DNA of 64,000 nucleotides from Actinomycetaceae bacterium (GTDB lineage: Bacteria; Actinomycetota; Actinomycetes; Actinomycetales; Actinomycetaceae). This document shows, one piece after another, positions 45,271-55,356 of the stretch. The notes below the pieces were generated by a model. The model was not told the origin of the DNA and ran no database searches. It was given only the letters and a program-made list of their open reading frames with translations. The DNA lies in the NCBI GenBank assembly GCA_030528145.1, contig JAUMZK010000010.1, positions 2,871 through 66,870 on the forward strand. Reading direction: 5' to 3'. A program made the translations under genes and the position numbers. Each line of letters opens with the position of its first letter. The stretch's first letter is position 1.

Positions 45271-47724
45271 TTAGTGACGGAAAGTGAATTCCAAAGGGTC
45301 GTCCTCGGCAACATCCACAACCACTTTGTCGCCGTCCCCAAAGTCCCCATAGAGGATCTTTTCGGACAGGACGTCCTCGATCTCGCGTTGTATCGCGCGG
45401 CGCAGCGGGCGGGCACCGAGCACCGGATCGTAGCCCTTGTCCGCCAACAGTTCGCGGGCCGCCGGGGTCAGTTCGATGCTCATGCCACGTTCTGCCATGC
45501 GCTCCCCCAATTGACCGATCATCAAGTCGACAATTTGCACGATTTCTTCACGACCGAGCGGCGGGAACACCACCACTTCGTCGACGCGGTTCAAGAATTC
45601 GGGGCGGAAGTGTTGCTTCAGCTCTTCGGCTACTTTGGCTTTCATGCGCTTATAGTCGTTGGCGAGGGCGCCCACCGCCTGGAACCCAGTCATTACGCCC
45701 TTGTTAATGTCGCGTGTACCCAGGTTCGTGGTCATTATTATAACCGTGTTCTTAAAGTCCACGACCCGACCCTGGGAATCCGTCAGGCGACCGTCCTCCA
45801 AAATCTGCAACAGCGAGTTGAAAATATCCGGGTGCGCCTTTTCTACTTCGTCAAACAGTACCACGCTGAACGGCCGGCGGCGCACTTTTTCTGTCAATTC
45901 GCCGCCCTCGTCGAAGCCCACATACCCCGGAGGCGCCCCAAACAGACGCGAAGACGTGTGCTTTTCCGCAAATTCGGACATGTCCAGTTGGATGAGGGCG
46001 TCCTCGTCACCAAACAGGAATTCCGCCAGAGCTTTCGCCAACTCGGTTTTACCCACACCGGTGGGACCCGCGAAGATGAAGGAACCGCCAGGACGCTTGG
46101 GGTCTTTCAGACCCGCGCGCGTACGGCGAATGGACTTGGACAAGGCGTGTACGGCTTCGTCCTGACCAATGATGCGTTTGTGCAGTTCCGCTTCCATATT
46201 CAAAAGCTTGCTGGACTCGGTTTCAGTCAGCTTGAACACGGGAATGCCAGTAGACATCGCTAAGACTTCCGCAATGGATTCTTCGGTGACTTCCGCGATG
46301 CGGTCCATGTCCCCGGACTTCCACTCGCTTTCCTTTTGGGAACGCGCTTCCAACAGTTTCTTTTCGTCGTCACGCAAGGACGCCGCCCTTTCGAAATCTT
46401 GCCCATCGATGGCGGATTCTTTGTTGCGGCGCACTTCGGCGATCTGTTCGTCAAGTTCGCGCAGTTCTGGCGGCGCAGTCATGCGCGATATGCGCAAACG
46501 CGCGCCAGCTTCGTCAATGAGGTCAATGGCTTTGTCCGGCAAGAAACGGTCCGAAATGTACCTGTCTGCCAGCGTCGCGGCAGCGCGTATGGCGTCATCA
46601 GTAATGATGACGCGGTGGTGCCCTTCGTAGCGGTCGCGCAACCCTTTCAGGATCTGCTCAGTTTCTTCCACACTAGGTTGTTCTACGCGCACAGGTTGGA
46701 AACGGCGCTCCAAAGCAGCGTCCTTCTCAATGTATTTGCGGTATTCGTCGTTGGTGGTGGCACCAATGGTTTGCAGTTCGCCACGCGCCAACATGGGTTT
46801 GAGGATGGATGCCGCGTCAATAGCGCCTTCGGCTGCGCCCGCACCCACCAAAGTATGGATTTCGTCAATAAACAAAATAATGTCGCCGCGCGTACGAATT
46901 TCTTTGAGTACCTTCTTGAGGCGTTCTTCAAAATCTCCCCGGTAGCGCGAACCCGCCACCAAGGACCCCATGTCGAGGCTGTAAAGCTGTTTGTCTTTTA
47001 GGATTTCCGGCACGTCACCGCGCACAATCGCTTGCGCTAAGCCTTCTACTACGGAAGTTTTGCCGACCCCCGGTTCGCCAATAAGTACCGGATTGTTCTT
47101 GGTGCGCCGAGACAGAATCTGCATAACCCGTTCCATCTCGGTTTTCCGACCAATAACCGGGTCCAATTTTTGTTCACGGGCTGCCTGCGACAGGTTGCGC
47201 CCAAACTGGTCCAAAATAGCCGAACCAGACTTTTGCGGTTGCGCCGACCCACTGTCGCCCACACCCACAGTTTCGCCCTCGCCCTGGTTGTATCCCGCCA
47301 GCAATTGCACCACATTGTGGCGCACAGTCTGCAAATCCGCGCCCAAGTTGCCGAGCACCTGAGCGGCCACGCCTTCGCCCTCGCGCACCAAACCCAACAG
47401 CATATGTTCAGTACCAATGTAATTGTGTCCGAGCTGCAAGGCTTCGCGCAGCGACAGCTCCAACACCTTCTTGGCGCGGGGCGTAAACGGAATATGACCG
47501 GGAGCCGGCGCATCGCCCTCGCCAATAATAGAAATGACCTGTTCGCGCACCTTATCGCGGCTAATTTCCATCATTTCCAGGGCGCGCGCAGCCACGCCTT
47601 CGCCCTCGGTAATGAGCCCCAGCAATAAATGTTCGGTCCCAATATAGTTGTGGTTGAGCCCGCGGGCCTCGTCTTGTGCAAGCACGATCACGCGGCGGGC
47701 GCGGTCGGTAAAGCGCTCGAACAT
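45271..47724 (-). CDS. clpC: ATP-dependent Clp protease ATP-binding subunit ClpC (ClpC1-like AAA+ unfoldase)
   Basis: The sequence starts [38 protein letters not shown] (Clp N repeats). It has two Walker A motifs ([16 protein letters not shown]) and a UVR-like linker. Confidence 0.95.
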   Translation of the reverse strand: MFERFTDRARRVIVLAQDEARGLNHNYIGTEHLLLGLITEGEGVAARALEMMEISRDKVREQVISIIGEGDAPAPGHIPFTPRAKKVLELSLREALQLGHNYIGTEHMLLGLVREGEGVAAQVLGNLGADLQTVRHNVVQLLAGYNQGEGETVGVGDSGSAQPQKSGSAILDQFGRNLSQAAREQKLDPVIGRKTEMERVMQILSRRTKNNPVLIGEPGVGKTSVVEGLAQAIVRGDVPEILKDKQLYSLDMGSLVAGSRYRGDFEERLKKVLKEIRTRGDIILFIDEIHTLVGAGAAEGAIDAASILKPMLARGELQTIGATTNDEYRKYIEKDAALERRFQPVRVEQPSVEETEQILKGLRDRYEGHHRVIITDDAIRAAATLADRYISDRFLPDKAIDLIDEAGARLRISRMTAPPELRELDEQIAEVRRNKESAIDGQDFERAASLRDDEKKLLEARSQKESEWKSGDMDRIAEVTEESIAEVLAMSTGIPVFKLTETESSKLLNMEAELHKRIIGQDEAVHALSKSIRRTRAGLKDPKRPGGSFIFAGPTGVGKTELAKALAEFLFGDEDALIQLDMSEFAEKHTSSRLFGAPPGYVGFDEGGELTEKVRRRPFSVVLFDEVEKAHPDIFNSLLQILEDGRLTDSQGRVVDFKNTVIIMTTNLGTRDINKGVMTGFQAVGALANDYKRMKAKVAEELKQHFRPEFLNRVDEVVVFPPLGREEIVQIVDLMIGQLGERMAERGMSIELTPAARELLADKGYDPVLGARPLRRAIQREIEDVLSEKILYGDFGDGDKVVVDVAEDDPLEFTFRH

Positions 47725-48025
47725 TGGTCTCCTAAATTGCGAATACTTATTCTACGAAACCATTATGTTAGTTAGTGGATAGGCGTGGGCATTTGTTCGC
47801 CATTGGCGCATGATGAAGGAAAGGCTAGTGGAACGTGAAGTGCAAAATTGTGAGCATTTAGTGAATTCTAGCCGAGTCTTTGGCGAAGCAGCTACGTTGT
47901 AGGGAACCCGCAACGAACGTTTCGTAAAAGGCGAAGGCTGGCGCTGGAAGTTTTAGCGACAACACCAACTATAGTTTGGGCGGATTTTTTGGGTAAATTA
48001 CGCGGGCGAATTACTAGGAGGACGA

Positions 48026-48451
48026 ATGCGTGCGATTATTCAGCGGGTTACGCGCGGCTACGTGCATATTGAGGGCGAAGACTCCCGTGGGTTTTCCGGC
48101 CCCGGCGTGGTGGTGTTGCTGGGGGTGACGCACGGCGATGGTCAGGCGCAGGTGGACAAGGTGGTGCGTAAAATTGCGGAATTGCGATTGTTCGAGGACG
48201 AAACTTCCGTTACAGACCGAGGCGCGCCCGTGCTGTTGGTCAGCCAGTTCACGTTATACGGAAACACGCGTAAGGGGCGGCGTCCCAGTTGGAGCGGCGC
48301 CGCTCCCGGTCCTGTCGCCCAACCCTTATACGAGCAGGTGGTAGCCGGATTACGCGACCGCGGTCTGACGGTTTACACCGGCACTTTTGGTGCCATGATG
48401 CGAATAGAGATGGTAAACGACGGACCTTTCACCCTGCTGGTGGAAGCGTAG
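48026..48451 (+). CDS. dtd: D-aminoacyl-tRNA deacylase
   Basis: The 141-aa product reads MRAIIQRVTRGYV ... LVSQFTLYGNTRKGRRPS ... NDGPFTLLVE, typical Dtd motifs. An AGGAGGA RBS is present. Confidence 0.9.
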   Translation: MRAIIQRVTRGYVHIEGEDSRGFSGPGVVVLLGVTHGDGQAQVDKVVRKIAELRLFEDETSVTDRGAPVLLVSQFTLYGNTRKGRRPSWSGAAPGPVAQPLYEQVVAGLRDRGLTVYTGTFGAMMRIEMVNDGPFTLLVEA

Positions 48452-48554
48452 ACGCTCGATGGCTTACGTACCGGAATTTTGCGCATGGCGTTGGGGGTCT
48501 GGTCATGCGTGCCAAGACCACAGCCGAGCGATGCCCCTATGGGCGAGCGCGCCA

Positions 48555-48604
48555 CCCGTGAGCCTCGCTAACAGCGAGGCGGGGTGCCCGCCGAACCGCC
48601 CGCG
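48555..48604 (+). repeat. Partial copy D of the intergenic repeat, with a different hairpin sequence
   Basis: The sequence is cccgtgagCCTCGCTaacAGCGAGGcggggtgcccgccgaaccgcccgcg. It shares both conserved blocks, but the stem (7 bp) differs in sequence from the one in copies B and C. Confidence 0.65.
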
Positions 48605-48681
48605 AACACACATCACGCAGGGCGAGAGCGCATCAACCCCTCGTTCCCACAGGTGAACAGGGGTTTGGGACAGGCGCGCCG

Positions 48682-48764
48682 CCCGTGAGCCGCACTTTCA
48701 GTGCGACTCAATGCCCGCCGAACCGCCCGCGCTCCGCCCCAAACCCCAAACGCGACCCCAAAAC
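48682..48764 (+). repeat. Copy C of the approximately 83-bp intergenic repeat
   Basis: The sequence is cccgtgagccgcactttcagtgcgactcaatgcccgccgaaccgcccgcgctccgccccaaaccccaaacgcgaccccaaaac. It includes the CGCACTttcAGTGCG hairpin. Confidence 0.85.
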
Positions 48765-48857
48765 GCTAGAACAAGCGTCGCCCTCGGGAAATTGTGAATT
48801 ACGCTGCCGTGAGTGCAAACCATTTCGCTCAGGCACAACGATTTCGCCGACAACAAA

Positions 48858-50126
48858 CTACTTTCCCACAAATAACTGCTTCTGCGACCCCACCGCTTCG
48901 GGGGCTTTTACCGGCTGTTTCGCCAATTTTTGCAGCTGTGGGCGGGTGGTCGAAGCGGAAGTTTTCCCGTCAGCGCGAACAATGTCCGTGCAGGTTGCAG
49001 CCCGACCGCCGACCGTCACTTTTTCGGTGCGGGCGGCGCGTCGCACCAGCCCTAGCCCGATCCAACCGTCGTCGTGATGATACCCCACCGAGGTCAGTAT
49101 GCCGATCTGCCGCCCACCGCCCTCGATGGGATCGCCCACTGTGGGCGCATCCCCGCTGCTGCCGTCTATGTTCAAGAACACGGCACGGCGCGGCGGACGC
49201 CCAAGGTTCACTATGCGGGCAACCGCTTCTTGCCCTAAATAGCATCCTTTATGCAGGTGAACCGCAGTTCGCAGCCAATCCCATTCGTGCGGCAAAGCAC
49301 GCTCGTCAACTTCGCGTCCGTATCGTGGGCGGCAGCTTGCGATTCGCAGCGTCTCCCAGGCGTTCATCCCCGCCCAGGTTGGTTCCGCAAATTCGTATCC
49401 TAGTTCGTCAACAACCGGAAAGCCTGCATGTTCCCGCACCCACGCCAACAAACCGCCTACCGCCTGCGCAAACTCTGTCCGAGGCAGCAGCCCAATACGG
49501 AAGAGGGCGCCCTCGCCAACATAATCCCCATACTCTATGCCGCCTTCCTGAAGGTCCGGCCACGGGTCACGCCACACCGACACCCCACTTGCCGCAAACC
49601 GATCCCCCACAAAACCGACACCCGCTAAATCCGCGGGGGTTGTGTGCGCGTCCATCATGAATTTCATGCGCTCCAAATAGTCCGCGAGCGCCTGCCCACA
49701 CCCCGCTTCAGTTATTAGGTAAGTGGCATCCTTGGCGGAACTCGCACCGCCCCCAGAGCTATCATTTGTAACATTCAGGACGCCCGCCCACAGGGCAACG
49801 CGTCCGTTTGCGTTCAAAAACAGGGTTTCGGCACTGGTAGTTTGCGGGGTAACAATTTGGGTTCCCAGGGTTGTCAGCAGTTTATGCCGGTCAGCACCTG
49901 TCATTTCCAGTATGTCCAGATGTGACAGGTCGACGAGGGCGGTACCACAGGTCAGTGCGCGGCTTTCGTTTACGCTGCCGTAGTGGGCGGCTACTCCCGC
50001 GTCCAAGCCTTCTGCTTCCACAGCCCCCTGTGCGTCCAGCATTGGGGAAACCCATGCTTTGCCTTCGGTTCTCAACTGTGCGATCTTCGCCTGCGCGTCC
50101 ACCCATTCTGGTTCAATCCCAAACAC
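48858..50126 (-). CDS. ygfZ: Folate-binding YgfZ/CAF17-family protein (aminomethyltransferase-like)
   Basis: It has a GcvT-like fold and the family signature KGCYLGQE (LHKGCYLGQEAVARI). Confidence 0.8.
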   Translation of the reverse strand: MFGIEPEWVDAQAKIAQLRTEGKAWVSPMLDAQGAVEAEGLDAGVAAHYGSVNESRALTCGTALVDLSHLDILEMTGADRHKLLTTLGTQIVTPQTTSAETLFLNANGRVALWAGVLNVTNDSSGGGASSAKDATYLITEAGCGQALADYLERMKFMMDAHTTPADLAGVGFVGDRFAASGVSVWRDPWPDLQEGGIEYGDYVGEGALFRIGLLPRTEFAQAVGGLLAWVREHAGFPVVDELGYEFAEPTWAGMNAWETLRIASCRPRYGREVDERALPHEWDWLRTAVHLHKGCYLGQEAVARIVNLGRPPRRAVFLNIDGSSGDAPTVGDPIEGGGRQIGILTSVGYHHDDGWIGLGLVRRAARTEKVTVGGRAATCTDIVRADGKTSASTTRPQLQKLAKQPVKAPEAVGSQKQLFVGK

Positions 50127-50138
50127 GCCCTACCCCCG

Positions 50139-50795
50139 TTATTTTGCTAAACGCGCGGAACGAACTGCTTTGCCGCCACATTCTTCGAGCCACATCAGTT
50201 CGCCCCCCACCATGCCGTAAAACCGTTCGCGCTGGTCCCGTTTTAGTTGAATTCGCGGCCCCTGCCCCTGTCCCAACCATATTCCGGCAGGTTTACGTTG
50301 TGGTTCGGCGCCCGGCACTGCTTGCGACTTCTCGCGTAATGCGCCCGATGCTTCTTCCGACACCCCGCCCGAGGTCGCATCCGCCCCAATATCCATAACG
50401 GCACCTTGGGATTTTCCACGCGCGCCGCCCTCTTCCACTTCAGTTACCGCCAGGTCTGATTTCGCGCCGCCGTCTGCATCCGTGAAACGCACCACCTGCC
50501 ACACACTGTTTTCCACACTGGTTTTTTCCACAACCTCTAAACCTGCCAGCGCCTCCGCCGCCGTGGCTGTGATAGGAAAATTCCGGGTCCGCCGCGCCAG
50601 GTAGCGAGTAGTAGTTTGGCGCAAGAGGTCGCCCTCGGGAACAAAACCAATTTCTTGCACGAACGTGTTCGCGCCCGCAACCTCAAAGCCGCGCCATTGC
50701 CCCACCAGCCAGGCTATTGGGTACAGTGGGCGCGGTAAATCTGCCTCAATAGTGAACATACTTCTATTGTGGCGGGGTATGCCCGCGCTCGCCAC
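50139..50795 (-). CDS. FABP/nitrobindin-like (DUF1794) beta-barrel protein with an internal insertion
   Basis: The N-terminal LYPIAWLVGQWRG resembles the conserved L..L.G.W.G start of actinobacterial nitrobindin-type proteins. An alternative start lies at 50759 (MFTIEADL). The family call is tentative. Confidence 0.5.
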   Translation of the reverse strand: MASAGIPRHNRSMFTIEADLPRPLYPIAWLVGQWRGFEVAGANTFVQEIGFVPEGDLLRQTTTRYLARRTRNFPITATAAEALAGLEVVEKTSVENSVWQVVRFTDADGGAKSDLAVTEVEEGGARGKSQGAVMDIGADATSGGVSEEASGALREKSQAVPGAEPQRKPAGIWLGQGQGPRIQLKRDQRERFYGMVGGELMWLEECGGKAVRSARLAK

Positions 50796-50813
50796 TCTCG
50801 CGAACCCCAGTTT

Positions 50814-51590
50814 TTACATTGCGGCTATTCGGACCATCGCATATGTGGGGATTACGGTCAGCAGGGGGATTATCGTTCCGAGGGCGGTGGCACCGGCACG
50901 CCCACTGCGCCCGTTTCCCAGCAGGTCAATGATTATGCCTTCGACCATGAACAAGACTGCCCCACCGGTGGTGGCGAAGAATGGCAGCCCTATGCTGCCG
51001 GGGATGACTCCGGCAAAGATGGTGGCAACGGTTTTGGGCGCCACCCATAGTGTCGCGGCAGCTACCACCCCACCTGCCGCCCCACCCAGGAGTGCCCGCA
51101 AATACCGGTGTTTCGCAAAAACGACCAGTGGCACAAAGCACAACATCCACCCCATTGGGCTGGCCAGTGTCCGCCAGGTTGCAACCTGGTCTAATGTCAC
51201 CCATCCTGCGCCTATGGTTGCCACCAGGGCGCCGCCCGCAGATGTCACTATGGACACTGCCACGTGAGTATGCCTCGACCTGAAAAATTCCGCTATGAAC
51301 GCGGTTATGGGCGCGAACGCGAACACGAAGGGAACCACCGCGAAGTCCGCGTAAATCAACCCTATGAAGAACGTCCACGTGCCTACCATGGTTGCGACCG
51401 CGCTGGATGCGCTTTTCGAGGGCGCCCCCACTGCCCCGCCCCACCCGGTGGCGAATGCCCCCACCAGGAGGGCGATAACAGCAACGAATACTCGGAATGG
51501 CGCCAACGCGCTGATACCAATCAGAGCACCCGCCGCTGCGGTCGTGCCCAACACCTGCCAGGGTTTAGGTTGTCGCCGTGCCGTTCTCAC
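50814..51590 (-). CDS. Polytopic integral membrane protein, unknown function
   Basis: The 258-aa product has about 7 hydrophobic segments rich in Gly/Ala/Val. No motif was recognised. Confidence 0.55.
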   Translation of the reverse strand: MRTARRQPKPWQVLGTTAAAGALIGISALAPFRVFVAVIALLVGAFATGWGGAVGAPSKSASSAVATMVGTWTFFIGLIYADFAVVPFVFAFAPITAFIAEFFRSRHTHVAVSIVTSAGGALVATIGAGWVTLDQVATWRTLASPMGWMLCFVPLVVFAKHRYLRALLGGAAGGVVAAATLWVAPKTVATIFAGVIPGSIGLPFFATTGGAVLFMVEGIIIDLLGNGRSGRAGATALGTIIPLLTVIPTYAMVRIAAM

Positions 51591-51806
51591 CTGCTAATCA
51601 TCTCATATGATGGTGCCCCCATTGGCACCCGTAGCGCTTGGCGGTATGCTCGCCGGATTGCCCGCCTTTTTGGGCGGGTCCGCAGCGGCATAAACCGGGG
51701 TTAGAGGGTTTTGGGCGAATCGGACCAGGTCGGACGCCCCCACCCCCAACTCTCCCCCCGGTCTCCAACTCTCAGCGACTGCCGTAACCTGCCAGCGCGT
51801 CCGCGC

Positions 51807-52724
51807 CTATGCTTCTACTTTCACTGTGGTTTCGGCGTCTTCTTCGCGGCGGCGTTTGGCGAGGACGATGCCCGCGCTGATGGCGGCCGCTGACAGTAAC
51901 ACCAGCCCGGATATGGCGACGCCGGTTTTGCTGAGTCGTTTTGGTGCCGCAGGTTTAGGTTTGGGTTTAGGTGTCGGCTTTTGCATGTGCGCGGGCGGTT
52001 CGGCGGGCAGAGGCTTAGCGCTTATTTCGGCTTGGTATACCCACATTTTCCGCGCATTCTCGTCACCTAGTTTCACGCTTGCGCCTACTGGCAGGGTGAT
52101 GAGGAATGGTTGGATGCGCGTGTGTTTGTGTGCCGGGTCGGCGGGTGGTTCGTCGCTCACTAAATACAAGCCGACCGGCAGCCCACTGAATTTGGCGGTA
52201 CCGGTGGTGTCAGTGGTTGCGGTGGCGGCGTCCTCGAGCCCTAACTTGGTGGCGTCTTCTACCGTCATTTTGGCTATTTCGCCCCAGTTAGCGGTTTTCA
52301 GGTCGATTTGGCGAACTTTTTGTACTTTGATGGTGGCGCCGGCGGGGCTGCCGTTGGGTTGGTCTCCGGGTGCCGGATCGTCGTACGGGTTGCCCTCCGT
52401 TTTAGTTACTGCGAGGGTGGATGTGCGCGCGGGGTCAATGTCGGCGGGGTTCAGCCCAGATGTGTCACCGGTGACCACGTGTGTGGTTGGTGCCGCGTTG
52501 TTTTCTGTGGCGTTAGCGTTTATGTTGTTTATTCCGAGGGCGCCCACTGCGACTACCGCTAGTGCCCCTATTGTGGCTGCTACTTTCCGCCACCGGCATG
52601 GCATGTTGGGGTTGTTTTCAGTGTGGGCGCTGCCTTTGTCAGCGGCGCAAATGTCGCCCTGGGCAACTGTCACTCTAGCTGCCTGGGTGGGTTCGTTCCA
52701 CATAGTTTGGTGCGTATGTTTCAC
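51807..52724 (-). CDS. Minor/base pilin-like surface protein with a variant sorting signal LSKTG
   Basis: It has a signal-like segment (KVAATIGALAVVAVGALG) and pilin-type CnaB-like motifs (TGTAKFSGLPVGLYLVSDEPP, IQPFLITLPV). The C-terminus reads KRLSKTG, followed by a hydrophobic segment and KRRRE. The GTG start overlaps the sortase stop. Confidence 0.7.
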   Translation of the reverse strand: MKHTHQTMWNEPTQAARVTVAQGDICAADKGSAHTENNPNMPCRWRKVAATIGALAVVAVGALGINNINANATENNAAPTTHVVTGDTSGLNPADIDPARTSTLAVTKTEGNPYDDPAPGDQPNGSPAGATIKVQKVRQIDLKTANWGEIAKMTVEDATKLGLEDAATATTDTTGTAKFSGLPVGLYLVSDEPPADPAHKHTRIQPFLITLPVGASVKLGDENARKMWVYQAEISAKPLPAEPPAHMQKPTPKPKPKPAAPKRLSKTGVAISGLVLLSAAAISAGIVLAKRRREEDAETTVKVEA

Positions 52725-53755
52725 TGGTTCCTCCTGTAACTAGGTGAACTGTTTGGTGGGATGGTTTGGTTGGTCTCGTAATTGGATGGCGGTGGGGGCG
52801 GGTATTGGCGTGATTGCCTCGAGCCCAAATCAGGCTGCGTGCTCACGTCGCCGGGTGCGTCTATGCCGGATTTGTTGTTTTCGTCTTTTGTGTGGTGTTT
52901 CCACAGGAAGTAGAGCCACCATCCGAGCGCCCCTAAGGCAAGCGCAGCTACCGCGATGATCGCTATCATCCACCACGACCACGCCAAGGGGGTGCGGTGG
53001 TCGAATACGGGGGTTTTGTCCATGGGGACGCGTTCTCCGGTGATCAGGAGGCGGTGCGAGTTGATGCCGTAGGGCGTGCAGGTAATTACGGTGACGAGGT
53101 CGCGCCCTTTTTGTACTTTTAGGGAGCTGACTTGGTCGGGTTTTACGACTTTGATGTCGAAGACTTTATATTTTAGTTTGCGTCCGGCGACTTGAATGTA
53201 GATGGGGTCGCCGTGTTTGATGTCGGTCAGGTGGTCTAGCAGGCTGGCGGTGGATAGTCCGGTGTGTCCGGTCAGCACCGCGTGGGTGGATTTTCCACCT
53301 ACTGGCAGGGAGGACCCGTACAGGTGCCCAATCCCCTTTTCCAACGTTTTCATGGAGGTGCCGTGATAGATGGGTAAATCCACTTTCGCTGCGGGAATCA
53401 CCAGGCGCCCCATCGCTTCGGTGAGGTTTAGTTGCCCGAGGTAACGCTGGTAGGGGTTGTTGTCTTTGGCTACGCGCGCTAACCAGGGGTCTAGAATGGG
53501 GCTGGTGGGTCCGTGACGGTTGTATTCGTCGGCGGCAGCGAGTTGGTCGCGTACCCCTTTGGGGTCTAATTGTTTTTCTGTTTTGGAGTATTTGTAGGCA
53601 ATGTATTGTTGGCGGGCGTTGTTAAGCTGGGTGGCTACTACGGGGTAGAGCAGAACAGTTATGCCGGCAAGCGCCAGGATGACAGGGATTAGTGTAGAAA
53701 AACGTGACCCTTTCCGAGGGCGCCCGCTCGCGTTACTGGTGTGGGTTGCGTTCAC
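52721..53755 (-). CDS. Class C (pilus-specific) sortase
   Basis: It has an N-terminal TM segment, the catalytic His (HAVLTGHTGL), the TLxTC-type motif VTVITCTPYG, a downstream Arg and a C-terminal TM anchor. It is flanked by pilin genes. Confidence 0.9.
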   Translation of the reverse strand: MNATHTSNASGRPRKGSRFSTLIPVILALAGITVLLYPVVATQLNNARQQYIAYKYSKTEKQLDPKGVRDQLAAADEYNRHGPTSPILDPWLARVAKDNNPYQRYLGQLNLTEAMGRLVIPAAKVDLPIYHGTSMKTLEKGIGHLYGSSLPVGGKSTHAVLTGHTGLSTASLLDHLTDIKHGDPIYIQVAGRKLKYKVFDIKVVKPDQVSSLKVQKGRDLVTVITCTPYGINSHRLLITGERVPMDKTPVFDHRTPLAWSWWMIAIIAVAALALGALGWWLYFLWKHHTKDENNKSGIDAPGDVSTQPDLGSRQSRQYPPPPPSNYETNQTIPPNSSPSYRRNQ

Positions 53756-53815
53756 GTTTTTCTTTCTGTGCTGTCGGGGTTAGTTACATCCGTACTTTGG
53801 TTTGTGTTTTGTGGC

Positions 53816-53847
53816 GGTGAGGGCGGTTGTAGGTTTCCGCCCTCACC
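53816..53847 (-). other. Strong stem-loop between the major pilin and sortase genes (possible attenuator or mRNA stabiliser)
   Basis: GGTGAGGGCGG (53816-53826) pairs with CCGCCCTCACC (53837-53847) as an 11-bp perfect stem with a 10-nt loop. No T-tract follows on the minus strand. Confidence 0.5.
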
Positions 53848-53873
53848 TATTTATTCTGCTCGTTTAGGAGTTG

Positions 53874-55289
53874 CTAGGCCTTTTTGCGGGCGTAGTAGTA
53901 GGAGGTGCCGAGCAGACCACCGCCAATAAGGATGAACAGCAGGATTCCGGCGCCACCGGTAAGCGGTAGCTTGGCGCGAATGTCGGAGCTGTTGTAGTTT
54001 TCGATGGTGATTTCGACGGTATTGTCTGTTGCGCCTTTGATGGTGGCATCGTCGAATGTGAATTTCACTGGGGAAGTCAGCTTTTCGTAGCCTGCGGGAG
54101 CCTTGGTTTCTACGACACACATTTGCGTGGTAGTGGCGCGCATGGGACCGATCAGCGTGGCAGCGGCGAAGGTGTCTTTACCGTCAATACTTATAGCATC
54201 ACCGGTAGTGCCTTTGTCCGCACATTGGAAGATCTTGAATTCGGCTCCAGTCAGTTCTTTAGTGGAGCCTTTTTCTATGTTCTTGATCTTGAGCTTACCG
54301 AACACTGTGGTGGTGGGTTTATCTGGGGGCGTCACAATGGTGGTGTCGTCGGGGCGCTTGTCGGTAGCCCAGGTGGCGGAGGCTTCGTTTACGACGCCTT
54401 TAGCGACATCGACGTCGCCTACTTTCAGCGACAGTTTCACAACTAGTTGTTTGCCGGCTTTGGCAGTGAGTTTCTTCTGACCTTCACTGGTGAAGCTGAT
54501 AGTTACCTTATTTGCTACATTGTTTTGAACGCTGAAGTCGGTGTCCTTAGCAAATTTTTGATCATCGGCAGTCACTGAAATAATCTTCGGATCCTCGTTT
54601 ACCAAACCGGAAGAAATCTTATCTGTAACCTCGAACTTGGTGAAGTTTTCGTTCTTTTCCAGGTTGCGAATAGGTACCTTGATTTCAAAGTCCATGTAGC
54701 TGCCCTTTGCAATTGGTTTACCTTGGGTAGTTACGTCGGTTTTGGTGACTGCACCGGCGCTGGCATTCTTGGGGTACACGTGAATGTTCTTCAAGAATGC
54801 AGCTGGGTTGTCCGGATCGGTCATCGGTACGAACACCAGAGCTTGTTTCATGGGGCTGAATCCTGCAGGGGCAGAGATTTGTGTCAGCTTGTAAAGCCCA
54901 GCCTTTAGACCGGTAAATTCGGCTTTTCCATCCTTAACGGTGGTTTTTTCTATTTTAGTAAACTTAGAATCATCACTGAAATTATCCGCAGTGGCACTGC
55001 GCGCAGCTTCATATCCGTCAGTGGTGGTGATGTCGTAGTTACCGCGCATCAGCTTGAAGACTGCGCCCACCTGCGGCGTACCAGTGACGGCGGAATTTTC
55101 TTTACCGTTTGCCTGCTTAGCGTTGGCTTCGTCATCTATTTGCAGCGCATGCACAGTAATGCTGTTATCGGTTGCGTCGGGGTTGATGACAGGAGCCGCC
55201 GTGGCACTAGCGGCTATTACGCCTGCACCGACCAGTCCGAAGGCGGCTGCCAAAGCCATGCCTTTTTTGATTATTGATGTAACTTTCAT
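53874..55289 (-). CDS. Major (shaft) pilin, SpaA/FimA-type, LPXTG-anchored
   Basis: It has a signal peptide, the pilin motif HVYPKN, the E-box VVETKAPAGYEKL, and the sorting signal LPLTGG followed by a hydrophobic segment and ARKKA. Confidence 0.9.
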   Translation of the reverse strand: MKVTSIIKKGMALAAAFGLVGAGVIAASATAAPVINPDATDNSITVHALQIDDEANAKQANGKENSAVTGTPQVGAVFKLMRGNYDITTTDGYEAARSATADNFSDDSKFTKIEKTTVKDGKAEFTGLKAGLYKLTQISAPAGFSPMKQALVFVPMTDPDNPAAFLKNIHVYPKNASAGAVTKTDVTTQGKPIAKGSYMDFEIKVPIRNLEKNENFTKFEVTDKISSGLVNEDPKIISVTADDQKFAKDTDFSVQNNVANKVTISFTSEGQKKLTAKAGKQLVVKLSLKVGDVDVAKGVVNEASATWATDKRPDDTTIVTPPDKPTTTVFGKLKIKNIEKGSTKELTGAEFKIFQCADKGTTGDAISIDGKDTFAAATLIGPMRATTTQMCVVETKAPAGYEKLTSPVKFTFDDATIKGATDNTVEITIENYNSSDIRAKLPLTGGAGILLFILIGGGLLGTSYYYARKKA

Positions 55290-55356
55290 TGTTCCCTCTT
55301 GTGTCTTTTTCTGATCTTCTGGGTAATGCTTGATTGCGCCTAGGGCGCACGGTGGA

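Noticed and set aside
45130-47001. Plus-strand ORFs of 377, 168, 153 and 221 aa opposite clpC
   Set aside because: They are antisense shadows of a complete ClpC gene, with low-complexity Arg/His/Val-rich translations.
48685-49660. 130-aa and 288-aa plus-strand ORFs starting inside repeat copy C and running opposite ygfZ
   Set aside because: They begin in a non-coding repeat, give Pro/Arg-rich translations, and overlap the YgfZ gene, which carries the KGCYxGQE signature.
51826-52743. 305-aa plus-strand ORF mirroring the base-pilin gene
   Set aside because: The minus-strand product has a signal peptide, pilin-type motifs and a sorting signal, and it is translationally coupled to the sortase. 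The plus-strand ORF has none of these.
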